Origin: a virus
Virus record (IMG/VR): IMGVR_UViG_3300027849_000009
Reading direction: 5' to 3' (one strand)
Length of the DNA: 64,000 bases
In this document: piece by piece, positions 26,499 to 35,990 of the stretch
Position numbering within the stretch: position 1 is the first letter of the stretch
How the letters are laid out: each line of letters opens with the position of its first letter
Notes under the pieces: model-generated
The model's input: only the letters and a program-made list of their open reading frames with translations
The model's database searches: none
Told to the model about the DNA's origin: nothing
Made by a program: the position numbers and the translations under genes

Positions 26499-27082
26499 GT
26501 TTAGCAAGTAAAGCGGGTGATCTGCTCTATACGTTTAGATTCTTGAAGATGTTGACTACACCTTGGGATGAGACTGATGCATTTAAATTAGGTCTTATTG
26601 ATGAGAAAGGTAAGCGAATCAAGAGCGAGAAAGTCGATTCATCTGACAAGAAAACCGCGTTAGGTCCTTTCGTTCGTCTCGTGTTTAATGTCAAAAGAGC
26701 AATAGGCAAGATACCTGGTGGCAAGACTACTTTAGGTTCTTATGCGGCAGCACTCTTTCTACTCAAAGAACATTATAGTGTCGGTGAGAATAATCTAACA
26801 AGAATATGTGTCGAAGCGGGTATTGATCCACTTGATATGATAGCAGAAGACCATGCTTGGTACGTACTTGAGAACAACCAATTAGCACCAGGAATATATC
26901 GCGTAAAGGGTGATAAACTTCTTGGCGAAGGACTCGAAGATGCAGTTCGTGCTAAAGACCAAATTCGTATACTTGACGAATCATTTCCAGTCGGTGATGT
27001 GTTCGGCATGAACGTGTATGAAGCAATGCACCTAACTACTAACAAGATGGTGTATATCACACTAGGAGAAATCTACAAATGA
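26495..27082 (+). CDS. Conserved T4-like hypothetical protein
   Basis: FRFLKMLTTPW..TDAFKLGLIDEKG motif. Confidence 0.8.
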   Translation: MSLASKAGDLLYTFRFLKMLTTPWDETDAFKLGLIDEKGKRIKSEKVDSSDKKTALGPFVRLVFNVKRAIGKIPGGKTTLGSYAAALFLLKEHYSVGENNLTRICVEAGIDPLDMIAEDHAWYVLENNQLAPGIYRVKGDKLLGEGLEDAVRAKDQIRILDESFPVGDVFGMNVYEAMHLTTNKMVYITLGEIYK

Positions 27083-27255
27083 AATCGTTCAAAGAATTTA
27101 TGGTAGAAGAACCTACAGTCTCCACTGGTCCCGGTATCGCAGGCACAAGTCCTGGTGATCCTGCTGACTGGACACATGGAAAGAAGAAAAAGCGTAAACC
27201 CCTAACTCGTTCTTTTATAGAGATAATGGGCAAGCGTAAAAAACTTATCAAATAA
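27079..27255 (+). CDS. Small basic protein with CTS-like N-terminus
   Basis: MKSFKEFMVEEPT...KRKKLIK*; AGGAG SD. Confidence 0.7.
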   Translation: MKSFKEFMVEEPTVSTGPGIAGTSPGDPADWTHGKKKKRKPLTRSFIEIMGKRKKLIK

Positions 27256-27269
27256 AACCTCGAAATAGA

Positions 27270-27298
27270 TTGACATCCTCTCGATTGTAGTGTACAAT
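27270..27298 (+). promoter_or_regulatory. sigma70-type promoter for nrdAB
   Basis: TTGACA-17-TACAAT. Confidence 0.7.
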
Positions 27299-27352
27299 AA
27301 GCACTATATAAACGACTAGACCCAAAAATAAAATAATAGATGAGTAGAATTA

Positions 27353-29341
27353 ATGCCAGTAAAAATTGATAAGAAGCGTGATGCACTATTAAAAGATTAC
27401 GCAGTAGGTATGTTGAAAGACTTCTACTTAAATGATAATGAAAATTCTCCGCAAGAAGCATTCGCTAGAGCATCAACAGCATGGTCAAGATACGAAGGAC
27501 AATTGGACGAAGCATTAGCACAACGACTCTATGATTTTGTTTCGAAGAAGTGGTTTATGTTTGCTAGTCCTGTACTATCTAATGCGCCTACTGATAAGAA
27601 GAAAGATAAAGGGATGCCTATCTCATGCTTTCTAACTTATGTTCCAGATACATTAGAAGGACTAATTGGTCACTCATCTGAGTTAAGATGGTTGTCAGTC
27701 TATGGTGGTGGAGTTGGTGGTCATTGGAGTGATGTACGTACAGTATCAGATGTAGCACCTGGTCCTATGCCATTCTTACATACTGTCGATGCTGACATGA
27801 TTGCATATAAACAAGGCAAGACTCGCAAGGGTTCTTATGCCGCATATATGGATGTAAGTCACCCTGACATTATAGAGTTTTTGAACATGCGTGTGCCTAC
27901 GGGTGACGTACAGCGTAAAGCATTGAACTTGCATAATGCAATCAATATTACTGATGAGTTCATGGAAGCGGTTACTAAGAATCTTTTGTTCGATCTACGT
28001 GATCCGAAAGGACAAAAAGTTAAAGAATCAATCAATGCTCGTAAGTTATGGGAACGTATTCTTGAGACTCGATTCAGAACAGGCGAACCTTACTTAAACT
28101 TTATTGACACTGCTAACAGAGACTTACCTCAACCATTGAAAGACCTAGGTCTGAAGATTAATGGTTCGAATCTCTGTAATGAAATTCACTTACCCACATC
28201 GAAAGACCGAACTGCTGTATGTTGTTTGTCTTCATTAAATCTGGAATACTATGATGAATGGAAAGATACTACTATTGTTCGTGACCTTATTCGTATGCTT
28301 GATAACGTCTTGCAGTACTTCATTGACGAAGCACCCAACACAATTGAACGTGCAAAATATAGCGCCGCAAGAGAGAGATCGCTCGGACTTGGAGCGATGG
28401 GATTCCATAGTCTATTGCAACGACACGGTGTTGCATGGGAGTCACAGGCAGCGCGGGAAATTAACGATGCTGTGTTTAAACACATTAATACCCAAGCGAT
28501 TCTGGAGACTGAAGTCTTGGCACAAGAGAGAGGTGAATATCTCGATGGTCAGGGAAGTGGACGGAGAAATAGTCATCTCATGGCAGTGGCACCCAACGCT
28601 TCAAGTGGAGTAATACTAAGTACTAGTCCTTCGATTGAACCAAGTAAAGCAAACGCATACACACACCGTACTCGTGCTGGATCGTTTCTTGTTAAGAATC
28701 CATACTTGATTCAATTACTGATAGATAAGGGTGAAGATAACGAGTCTAACTGGACAAGTATCATCACCAACAAAGGTTCTGTTCAACACTTACCGTTTAT
28801 GACTGAAGGCGAGAAAGCAATCTTCAAGACTGCGCAAGAGTTAGATCAGAACTGGGTAGTTCAACACGCAGGTGAACGTCAGAAGTATATCTGCCAGGGT
28901 CAGAGTGTTAATCTATTCTTTCCAGCAGGTACTCCTAAGTCGTATGTAAACAAAGTACATATCAATGCATGGAAACTAGGACTGAAAGGACTGTACTATC
29001 TACGTACAGAAGCGAAGTCTCGTGCAGAGAATGTATCAGAGAAAGTAGAAAGAGTAGCACTAGAAGGTGATAAGCGAAACGTAGTATATTCTAAACCAGA
29101 TTGTCCATTCTGTCAATTGGCGAAAGAAGAAATGAGACTACGTGGTATTCCATATGATGAAGTTAATCTAACTGAGGTAGGTAAGACAGCGGCAGAAGTA
29201 ACTGGTCGTAAAGATGTTAAAACAGTTCCACAGATATATATTGGTGGAGAATATATTGGTGGGTATGAAGACCTTATGTCATACCTAGATAAAGAAGTTG
29301 AAAACGATGGCGATGACGAATGTCTCGCGTGTTCAGGATAA
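27353..29341 (+). CDS. nrdA: Ribonucleotide reductase class Ia alpha subunit with fused glutaredoxin
   Basis: SCF, GSNLCNEI, APNASS, GLYYLR; then CPFC...TVPQI Grx domain and terminal CLAC. Confidence 0.97.
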   Translation: MPVKIDKKRDALLKDYAVGMLKDFYLNDNENSPQEAFARASTAWSRYEGQLDEALAQRLYDFVSKKWFMFASPVLSNAPTDKKKDKGMPISCFLTYVPDTLEGLIGHSSELRWLSVYGGGVGGHWSDVRTVSDVAPGPMPFLHTVDADMIAYKQGKTRKGSYAAYMDVSHPDIIEFLNMRVPTGDVQRKALNLHNAINITDEFMEAVTKNLLFDLRDPKGQKVKESINARKLWERILETRFRTGEPYLNFIDTANRDLPQPLKDLGLKINGSNLCNEIHLPTSKDRTAVCCLSSLNLEYYDEWKDTTIVRDLIRMLDNVLQYFIDEAPNTIERAKYSAARERSLGLGAMGFHSLLQRHGVAWESQAAREINDAVFKHINTQAILETEVLAQERGEYLDGQGSGRRNSHLMAVAPNASSGVILSTSPSIEPSKANAYTHRTRAGSFLVKNPYLIQLLIDKGEDNESNWTSIITNKGSVQHLPFMTEGEKAIFKTAQELDQNWVVQHAGERQKYICQGQSVNLFFPAGTPKSYVNKVHINAWKLGLKGLYYLRTEAKSRAENVSEKVERVALEGDKRNVVYSKPDCPFCQLAKEEMRLRGIPYDEVNLTEVGKTAAEVTGRKDVKTVPQIYIGGEYIGGYEDLMSYLDKEVENDGDDECLACSG

Positions 29342-29353
29342 GAGAGTAGATTA

Positions 29354-30322
29354 ATGGCATTATTAGAATTCAGTAAAAGTTACAAACCATTCTATTACCC
29401 TTGGGCGGTAGACTTGACAAAGAAACATGAAGAGATACATTGGGTAGAAGACGAAGCAGAGTTAAGCGAAGACGTACAAGATTGGAAAACTAAGTTAAGT
29501 GAAGAGGAGAAGGAGTTTGTTACACAGATTCTACGTCTATTCACACAGTCAGATGTTCAAGTAGGCGAGAACTACCACGAGTTATTGATCCCTAAGTTTA
29601 AGAACAACGAGATCCGTAACATGCTATCGTCCTTTGCTAATCGCGAAGGTGTACATCAACGTGCATATGCTCTGTTGAATGATACGCTTGGATTGCCAGA
29701 CGAAGACTTCCACAAGTTTCTTGAATACAAAGCGATGGCAGAGAAACTGGACTTCATGAAAGAAGGCAGTATCAATACACATACAGGTCTTGCACTAGTA
29801 TTAGCACAGTCAGTATTCAACGAAGGTATGAGTTTGTTCTCTTCGTTCGTTATGCTATTGAACTTCCAGCGTTTCGGTAAGATGAAAGGCATGGGTACTA
29901 TTGTTGAGTGGTCTATTCGTGATGAGACTCTACACGTACAAGGCAACGCTAAGTTGTTCCGTGAGTTCTGCGAAGAGCATCCACGCATTGTCAATGACGA
30001 ATTAAAGTCAAAGATTTATGAGATGGCAAAGAATGCTGTTAAGTTAGAAGATAAGTTTATTGACTTAGCATACAACAACCACGAGATCGAAGGTCTTGCA
30101 AAAGAAGATGTTAAGCAATACATTCGACACATTGCTGATCGACGCTTGTTACAACTAGGCATGAAACCTAAGTTTAAAGTAAAAGAGAATCCATTACCTT
30201 GGTTGGACTGGGTACTCAATGGAGCATCTCATGATAATTTCTTTGAGAAGCGAGTCACTGAGTACTCTGTAAATGGTATGGACGGTGATTGGGGATGGGA
30301 TGAAGAAGGAGTGCCTGCATGA
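29354..30322 (+). CDS. nrdB: Ribonucleotide reductase class Ia beta subunit
   Basis: Di-metal ligands D, EGVH, E, DETLH; NFFEKRVTEY. Confidence 0.97.
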   Translation: MALLEFSKSYKPFYYPWAVDLTKKHEEIHWVEDEAELSEDVQDWKTKLSEEEKEFVTQILRLFTQSDVQVGENYHELLIPKFKNNEIRNMLSSFANREGVHQRAYALLNDTLGLPDEDFHKFLEYKAMAEKLDFMKEGSINTHTGLALVLAQSVFNEGMSLFSSFVMLLNFQRFGKMKGMGTIVEWSIRDETLHVQGNAKLFREFCEEHPRIVNDELKSKIYEMAKNAVKLEDKFIDLAYNNHEIEGLAKEDVKQYIRHIADRRLLQLGMKPKFKVKENPLPWLDWVLNGASHDNFFEKRVTEYSVNGMDGDWGWDEEGVPA

Positions 30323-30468
30323 TGGAAGACACCCGTAGATTTATGACTGAATGTCCGGTATGTGATAGTAACTGTTTCATCGATGTGTTAAACGTCGATG
30401 AGGCAGTGATATACTGTCCCATGTGCGGAACTGAAGCAGAAGTGGAAGAGGTTTTTATAGAAGACTAA
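30319..30468 (+). CDS. Small acidic zinc-ribbon protein
   Basis: CPVC...CPMCG, 49 aa. Confidence 0.7.
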   Translation: MMEDTRRFMTECPVCDSNCFIDVLNVDEAVIYCPMCGTEAEVEEVFIED

Positions 30469-30498
30469 ATAGTGTTATCTTCAATCAAGGTAGCACTA
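30464..30498 (+). promoter_or_regulatory. Late promoter variant with RBS-occluding hairpin
   Basis: ACTAAATA at 30464-30471; stem 30470-30481 pairs with 30487-30498. Confidence 0.6.
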
Positions 30499-30499
30499 C

Positions 30500-32143
30500 A
30501 TGAAACCCACTATAGCATTGTATGAGGGTCATGATACTAATCTAACAGTATATGACCCTAATACCGACTCGTTCTACATATATGAATTTGAACGTGTTTC
30601 AGGTATTAAACACCACAACATAAAAAATCGTACGGGTAGCAATGGTTTATCTACCAGCGCAAATGTTCAATATCTACATATTATTCTGAATCATCTTAAA
30701 GAAGTTCATGGCATTGAAAATGACTTTGGCACATTTATCTTCAAACCCATTTGGTGGAATATATCATACATTGACCGTAGTATTATCAATTCAGACAAAG
30801 AGATTTTACCAGTCATCGATCACCATGATGCTCATGCATGGTGTGCATATGGACAGGCACCTGAATCGTTCGAGAACACTGCTTGTATAACTTATGATGG
30901 TTGGGGCGAAAACACCGCATTCAAGTACTCGTGTTTCAAAGGCATCAATCGACATTCAGTTGAACCCATGTATTATAATTTCTCGATGGTCTACACTGCT
31001 ATGGCACACTCTCTCAAGATATTACATAATACTATGGATCTTGATCTCCCGGGTAAACTAATGGGATTATCTGCATACGGTGAAGTGAATCGCACGTGGT
31101 CAGATATAATGAAAGATTCTATCAAATCAGACTGGTGGAAATATAAACTAAACAAAGATACAGGATCTAAACCACCTGCCACCTGGAACGACTCACAAAA
31201 TCCATTACTTGTGATGAGAAAACAGATCAATCCGTGTATTCAGACAACTGATTATAACATAAAACTAGAGAACACTAAAGCATTCATGCTTGCTAGGTCT
31301 GCGCAGATTGCATTCGAAGAAGGTATCGTCGAAACTATTAAAGAAGAGTTCCTTGATAAGATTGAAGCGCACGATAACAATCTGATAATATCTGGTGGTA
31401 GTGCATTAAATGTTCTTGCTAACGAAGCAATCAAACGTGCATTTCCTGATGTCAACATATACATCCCACCAAACTGTCATGATGGCGGTCTAAGTTTTGG
31501 TATGTTATATGAACATCTAAAGACTACTAAGAAATACGATGTCACACAATCTGGTCCAAGAATATTTGATTACAAATATATGGATCCGATGATTAAACTA
31601 TACGGCGCAAAGAAGGTCAGTATTAATGATATTGCAGACTTACTTAAAGAGCAGAAGATAATAGGGATGGTGATTGGTAACATGGAAGTAGGACCGAGAG
31701 CATTAGGCAATCGTTCTATACTATGTGACGCATCTAACCCTAAGATGAAAGACACACTCAATTGTCGTGTTAAGTTCCGAGAGTGGTTTAGACCGTTCGC
31801 TCCTATATGCAGAAAGGAAGATGCACCTAAGTATTTCTACTCACCAAACTTTGATAACATGGAATGTATGCAATTCGTCGCGGATGTGTTGCCAGAGTAT
31901 CAAACTAAACTATTCTCTGTAACACACTACGACAATACTGCCAGACTGCAGGTGGTGACGGAGGAGAGCAATGCCGCAATCTATGACATACTGACAGCGT
32001 TCGATGGAGTACTAATAAACACTTCCTTGAATGTTCAAGGTAAACCTATTCTAAATACCTTTGATGAAGCATTTCATGTTTTACAAAAGACTGGTCTAGA
32101 CCATATAGTGGTAGAGTATGAAAATGATTATTGGTTATTCTAA
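30500..32143 (+). CDS. O-carbamoyltransferase (NodU/CmcH/TobZ family)
   Basis: GHD, HH.AHA, DG.G, GKLMGL, GG.ALN, GPRALGNRS, FRPFAP, NTS.N. Confidence 0.92.
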   Translation: MKPTIALYEGHDTNLTVYDPNTDSFYIYEFERVSGIKHHNIKNRTGSNGLSTSANVQYLHIILNHLKEVHGIENDFGTFIFKPIWWNISYIDRSIINSDKEILPVIDHHDAHAWCAYGQAPESFENTACITYDGWGENTAFKYSCFKGINRHSVEPMYYNFSMVYTAMAHSLKILHNTMDLDLPGKLMGLSAYGEVNRTWSDIMKDSIKSDWWKYKLNKDTGSKPPATWNDSQNPLLVMRKQINPCIQTTDYNIKLENTKAFMLARSAQIAFEEGIVETIKEEFLDKIEAHDNNLIISGGSALNVLANEAIKRAFPDVNIYIPPNCHDGGLSFGMLYEHLKTTKKYDVTQSGPRIFDYKYMDPMIKLYGAKKVSINDIADLLKEQKIIGMVIGNMEVGPRALGNRSILCDASNPKMKDTLNCRVKFREWFRPFAPICRKEDAPKYFYSPNFDNMECMQFVADVLPEYQTKLFSVTHYDNTARLQVVTEESNAAIYDILTAFDGVLINTSLNVQGKPILNTFDEAFHVLQKTGLDHIVVEYENDYWLF

Positions 32144-32156
32144 GGAATTATAACAG

Positions 32157-32612
32157 ATGTGGAATATGAATGAAAGTGTATTCGAACCCAGCGAAGAGTT
32201 TTTAAAAGACTATGTTGGATTTGTGTATCGTATCACTGAGATAGATACAGGTAAGATGTATATAGGAAAGAAGTTCTTCTGGAAACCCAAGACACTACCC
32301 AAGAACTCTGTACGTAAAAGAAAGATAAAAATGAAAGTACCTTCGGACTGGCAGAAGTATTATGGTTCGAGTGAACATCTATTAGAGTCAATCAAGAGAA
32401 CTGGCGTTGATAACTATCACCGTGAAGTTCTAAAGTTATGCACAACTAAAGGCGAATGCTCCTACTATGAAGCAAAGTTACAATTTGAATACGATGTCCT
32501 ACTCGACGAACAATACTACAATGCGTTTATCGGTTGCAAAATACACGCAAAGCATTTGCCCAAACCCGCTATCGAAATACGAACAGCAGAACCTTGGTTC
32601 AATAGACCTTAA
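32157..32612 (+). CDS. GIY-YIG nuclease-domain protein
   Basis: GFVY...YIGKK and YYGSS motifs. Confidence 0.8.
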   Translation: MWNMNESVFEPSEEFLKDYVGFVYRITEIDTGKMYIGKKFFWKPKTLPKNSVRKRKIKMKVPSDWQKYYGSSEHLLESIKRTGVDNYHREVLKLCTTKGECSYYEAKLQFEYDVLLDEQYYNAFIGCKIHAKHLPKPAIEIRTAEPWFNRP

Positions 32613-32615
32613 ACT

Positions 32616-34364
32616 ATGAGGAATCTAATCGCCGCTAATTGGGGGCATGACGCCTCACTATGTTTCTGGAATGATGTTGCGAAAACATTTCATACTATTG
32701 AGATAGAAAAACTTGTAGGTATAAAACACTACAGAGGTCACGCACGTAAGGATGAAGAACTAGAGATTCTTAAAAGGTGTGCTAAGATAGCAGAAGAAGA
32801 GTTTGGCATACCCAACGACTATCACTGCATCATTCGTGGCAATCTATTGAACGATATCAAGAAAGAACAGATTGAAAATGGCACGGGTCGTTTGACAGAT
32901 AATAAAGTTTCTGATGATATGATGCTCGATGTTGATAACATTAATGCGGCATTTAATACTAAGAATATTGATATCACATATCGACATCATGAAGCACACG
33001 CATGGAATGGATTCGCTCCTTCGGGATTTGACAAAGCAGTCATACTTACTATGGATGGTGGTGGTAACGATGGGTTCACTCACTTGTTCACTGCTGAACA
33101 TCCTAATAAACCTCTGACAAGTCGTACACGAATACATGGAGTTCAAGCGCATGGCAGAAACTATACTCAGGCATGCCTATGGTCGTTATACAGTATAATG
33201 CAAAGCACCGACTGCTCGTTAGATGTTGCGGGTAAAGCAATGGGTGCATCGTCGTACGGAAACACTGAAAGCGATCCCTACTCGACTGCAACGAAACTGT
33301 TTTTGAGGACTAACTCCGCTTGGAAAAACTTTAGTCCTGGCAGAATGCTGTACGAGAAACATTACAATCAACCTCTGAAAGACGGTACTAACAGCAAGAT
33401 TAAGTTTATCGAAGCATTTAGTACTTCGCCCGAAGTGTACAATCCCTATAAACTATTTATTGATGAGATCGATTGGCAAACAGAATGTGATATGGCAAGA
33501 GGCATTCAAGATGCGTTTGTTAAAGATGCTATAAAATGGTTCAAAGAGATTATGAGTGTTAGGAACATAAACCTAGATGACTACGACAGAAATGTGGTGT
33601 TCTCTGGTGGTAGTGCGTTAAATGTACTGTTCAATGATATACTACAGCGAGAGATGAATATCAATCTATTCGTGCCGCCTAATCCAGCAGACCAAGGAAT
33701 TCCCTACGGTATGCTCGTGCAATGGATGGTCGATCATGCAACACAATACTCGCGTGAAGAAACTACGTACTCTGGTCAAAAGATACAAGACATGGAGGAC
33801 TTACAGAAATATTATCATTCACACAAAGGCAGAATGACAACTATTGCAGATGTAGCAAGCATACTGAAAGATGATAAGATTGTCGGACTCGTGCAAGGTG
33901 GCATGGAAGTAGGTGCGAGAGCATTAGGCAATCGTTCTATACTTGCTGATCCAAAGGGCGCAGATAAGAAAGACAAAGTTAATGTAGTAAAGAGACGCGA
34001 AGCATACCGTCCGTTCGCGCCAGTATGTAGATTAGAAGATGTAGAGACTTACTTTGACTCAGTTCGTTATGACAATCTATCTTATATGAATTTTGCGATA
34101 AAGACTCGTGAGGAACATATAGATAAGTTAAGAGCAGTTACTCATGTTGATGGGACAGCAAGAGTACAGACAGTTACTAAAGAACAGAATACAATACTAC
34201 ATGATTTATTAAGTGAATTTGATGGTGTATTATTGAACACTTCTTTCAATGTGAAAGGATCTCCAATACTAAATACACTTAAAGAAGCGTTCTATATGCT
34301 TGACGAAACCACACTCGATCATCTGGTAGTAGTAGATGAACATAACACAATATGGATTTTTTAA
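32616..34364 (+). CDS. O-carbamoyltransferase (NodU/CmcH/TobZ family), second paralog
   Basis: GHD, HHEAHA, DGGG, GKAMG, GARALGNRS, YRPFAP, HVDGTARVQ. Confidence 0.92.
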   Translation: MRNLIAANWGHDASLCFWNDVAKTFHTIEIEKLVGIKHYRGHARKDEELEILKRCAKIAEEEFGIPNDYHCIIRGNLLNDIKKEQIENGTGRLTDNKVSDDMMLDVDNINAAFNTKNIDITYRHHEAHAWNGFAPSGFDKAVILTMDGGGNDGFTHLFTAEHPNKPLTSRTRIHGVQAHGRNYTQACLWSLYSIMQSTDCSLDVAGKAMGASSYGNTESDPYSTATKLFLRTNSAWKNFSPGRMLYEKHYNQPLKDGTNSKIKFIEAFSTSPEVYNPYKLFIDEIDWQTECDMARGIQDAFVKDAIKWFKEIMSVRNINLDDYDRNVVFSGGSALNVLFNDILQREMNINLFVPPNPADQGIPYGMLVQWMVDHATQYSREETTYSGQKIQDMEDLQKYYHSHKGRMTTIADVASILKDDKIVGLVQGGMEVGARALGNRSILADPKGADKKDKVNVVKRREAYRPFAPVCRLEDVETYFDSVRYDNLSYMNFAIKTREEHIDKLRAVTHVDGTARVQTVTKEQNTILHDLLSEFDGVLLNTSFNVKGSPILNTLKEAFYMLDETTLDHLVVVDEHNTIWIF

Positions 34365-35113
34365 TGTTAAAATTTCAACAGTACATAAACGAACAAGCAA
34401 TAATAGAACAAGCAGAACTAGACCTAATCAACGAAGGCGTAAATGATCCAGCAATCTTTAAAGCAGTGTTTCTTGCTGGTGGTCCTGGTAGTGGCAAGTC
34501 GTTCATTGTTGGCAAAACTGGATTAGGTAGTTTTGGATTTCGTGTAGTCAACTCTGATGATGCATTTGAAAACTCTATGAAGAAAGCAGGCATGGAGATG
34601 AATCCGGATAACATCTTCTCTGTTAAAGGACAAGAACTACGTGGTAAAGCAACTAAGTTGACTGCCGCTAAACAAGAGATGTATCTTAAAGGTCGTCTCG
34701 GTATTGTTATTGATGGTACTGGTAAAGACTCTGCTAAGATTAAAAAGCAACGTGCGGCACTAGAGAAGATGGGATACGAAACTGCAATCATTATAGTGAA
34801 CACCAACTTAGAATCCGCTGTTGATCGTGATACAAAACGTCAACGCTCGATTGGTAAGAAGATGCTGGAACCCATGTGGCAGGCAGTACAAGATAATATC
34901 GGAGCATACCAACAGATGTTTGGTCAAGAGAATACATTCATTGTTGATAACTCAGACGTTGATGGTGTTACTGATAAGAAAGAAATCTTGAAATTGATCG
35001 ACAAGAAAACAATGGCAGCATACAAGGGAATTGGTGCATGGTCTAAGAGACCAGTTAAAGGATCTCGTGCTAAGAAGTGGATTAAATCTGAGTTAAAAAA
35101 TAAGACTAGATAA
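34364..35113 (+). CDS. P-loop kinase (zeta-toxin/PNK-like) with CTS-like N-terminus
   Basis: AGGPGSGKS, N.D, IDGT; starts MLKFQQYINE. Confidence 0.8.
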   Translation: MLKFQQYINEQAIIEQAELDLINEGVNDPAIFKAVFLAGGPGSGKSFIVGKTGLGSFGFRVVNSDDAFENSMKKAGMEMNPDNIFSVKGQELRGKATKLTAAKQEMYLKGRLGIVIDGTGKDSAKIKKQRAALEKMGYETAIIIVNTNLESAVDRDTKRQRSIGKKMLEPMWQAVQDNIGAYQQMFGQENTFIVDNSDVDGVTDKKEILKLIDKKTMAAYKGIGAWSKRPVKGSRAKKWIKSELKNKTR

Positions 35114-35127
35114 TAGTAAGAAATAGG

Positions 35128-35156
35128 TTGACAGGCGTACTGTGATCGTGTATAAT
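35128..35156 (+). promoter_or_regulatory. sigma70-type promoter
   Basis: TTGACA-17-TATAAT. Confidence 0.8.
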
Positions 35157-35203
35157 GCACTTAGTACGTTTTTAATTGAATAAGATGATAGGTTGTTAGT
35201 AAT

Positions 35204-35635
35204 ATGAGTTATGCAAGAAAGAAAGAAGTATATCAAATACTTAAACTAGTTGAATCAGCAAAGTCTCGTAAAGACAAGATCCAAGTCTTACGTGATAACA
35301 ATATAATGGCACTACGAGATGTACTTCAAGGTACATTCGATCCCACTATCAAATTCAAACTGCCAGAAGGCACACCTCCGTTTACTGCAAATGAAGAAAA
35401 CACTGCACCCTCATCATTACTAAGGCATCATAGATTCTTTAAGTATTTTGTTGAGGGAGTTGGTGAGTGTGAAAAACTCACAAACCTCAGGCGTGAAAAA
35501 ATGTTCATTGAAGTACTCGAAGCGATTCACCCACAAGATGCCGAAATTGTAATCAAAATGGTTGCAAAGAAAACCCCCTTGAAAGGATTGACCAAGAAAT
35601 TGGTACAGGAGGCATTGCCTGATTTGATCCGATAA
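35204..35635 (+). CDS. Conserved T4-like hypothetical protein
   Basis: LPEG.PP and RREKMFI..LE.IHP.DA motifs. Confidence 0.8.
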   Translation: MSYARKKEVYQILKLVESAKSRKDKIQVLRDNNIMALRDVLQGTFDPTIKFKLPEGTPPFTANEENTAPSSLLRHHRFFKYFVEGVGECEKLTNLRREKMFIEVLEAIHPQDAEIVIKMVAKKTPLKGLTKKLVQEALPDLIR

Positions 35636-35683
35636 TTTGTCATGTTGAAGTTTAATTAACTAACCCCCTTACGGAGTACGCCT

Positions 35684-35854
35684 ATGGTAGAAAGAAATCA
35701 GATAGCAAGGTTAAGAAAAGATTCTCAAGAACTTGGACACTATATCCACAAATTGAATAAGAAAGGAAATGCAGATAAAGCGTATAAAATCGCCAAACGG
35801 CAATCTTTCCTCAATCAGGTAATAGAGCAATTCGAGACTTCAATAGCAAAATAA
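35684..35854 (+). CDS. Small hypothetical protein (56 aa)
   Basis: MVERNQIARLRKD...SIAK*; GGAG SD. Confidence 0.65.
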   Translation: MVERNQIARLRKDSQELGHYIHKLNKKGNADKAYKIAKRQSFLNQVIEQFETSIAK

Positions 35855-35906
35855 GGGGGTGATCCTATCTCTTTGGAGTAATTACAGTTACTTCATCGTA
35901 TGTTTT

Positions 35907-35941
35907 AGGATAGCGTCTCAAGGATGAGACATATCTTTTTT
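35907..35941 (+). terminator. Intrinsic terminator-like hairpin with AAGGAU loop
   Basis: GATA-GC-GTCTC/AAGGAT/GAGAC-A-TATC followed by a T-run. Confidence 0.55.
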
Positions 35942-35990
35942 ATACATAATGTAAACTATAAGAAACAATGTACAGGATAAGAAACAAATA

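Noticed and set aside
27353-30322. Intron or intein in nrdA/nrdB
   Set aside because: Both frames are continuous; the only extra domain is glutaredoxin and no splicing motifs are visible.
32157-32612. GIY-YIG gene as a mobile intron splitting one carbamoyltransferase
   Set aside because: Both flanking genes are complete, and the ORF is a short catalytic-domain-only protein.
34364-35113. Zeta toxin of a toxin-antitoxin system
   Set aside because: No epsilon-like antitoxin is adjacent, and the CTS-like leader suggests a virion-associated kinase instead.
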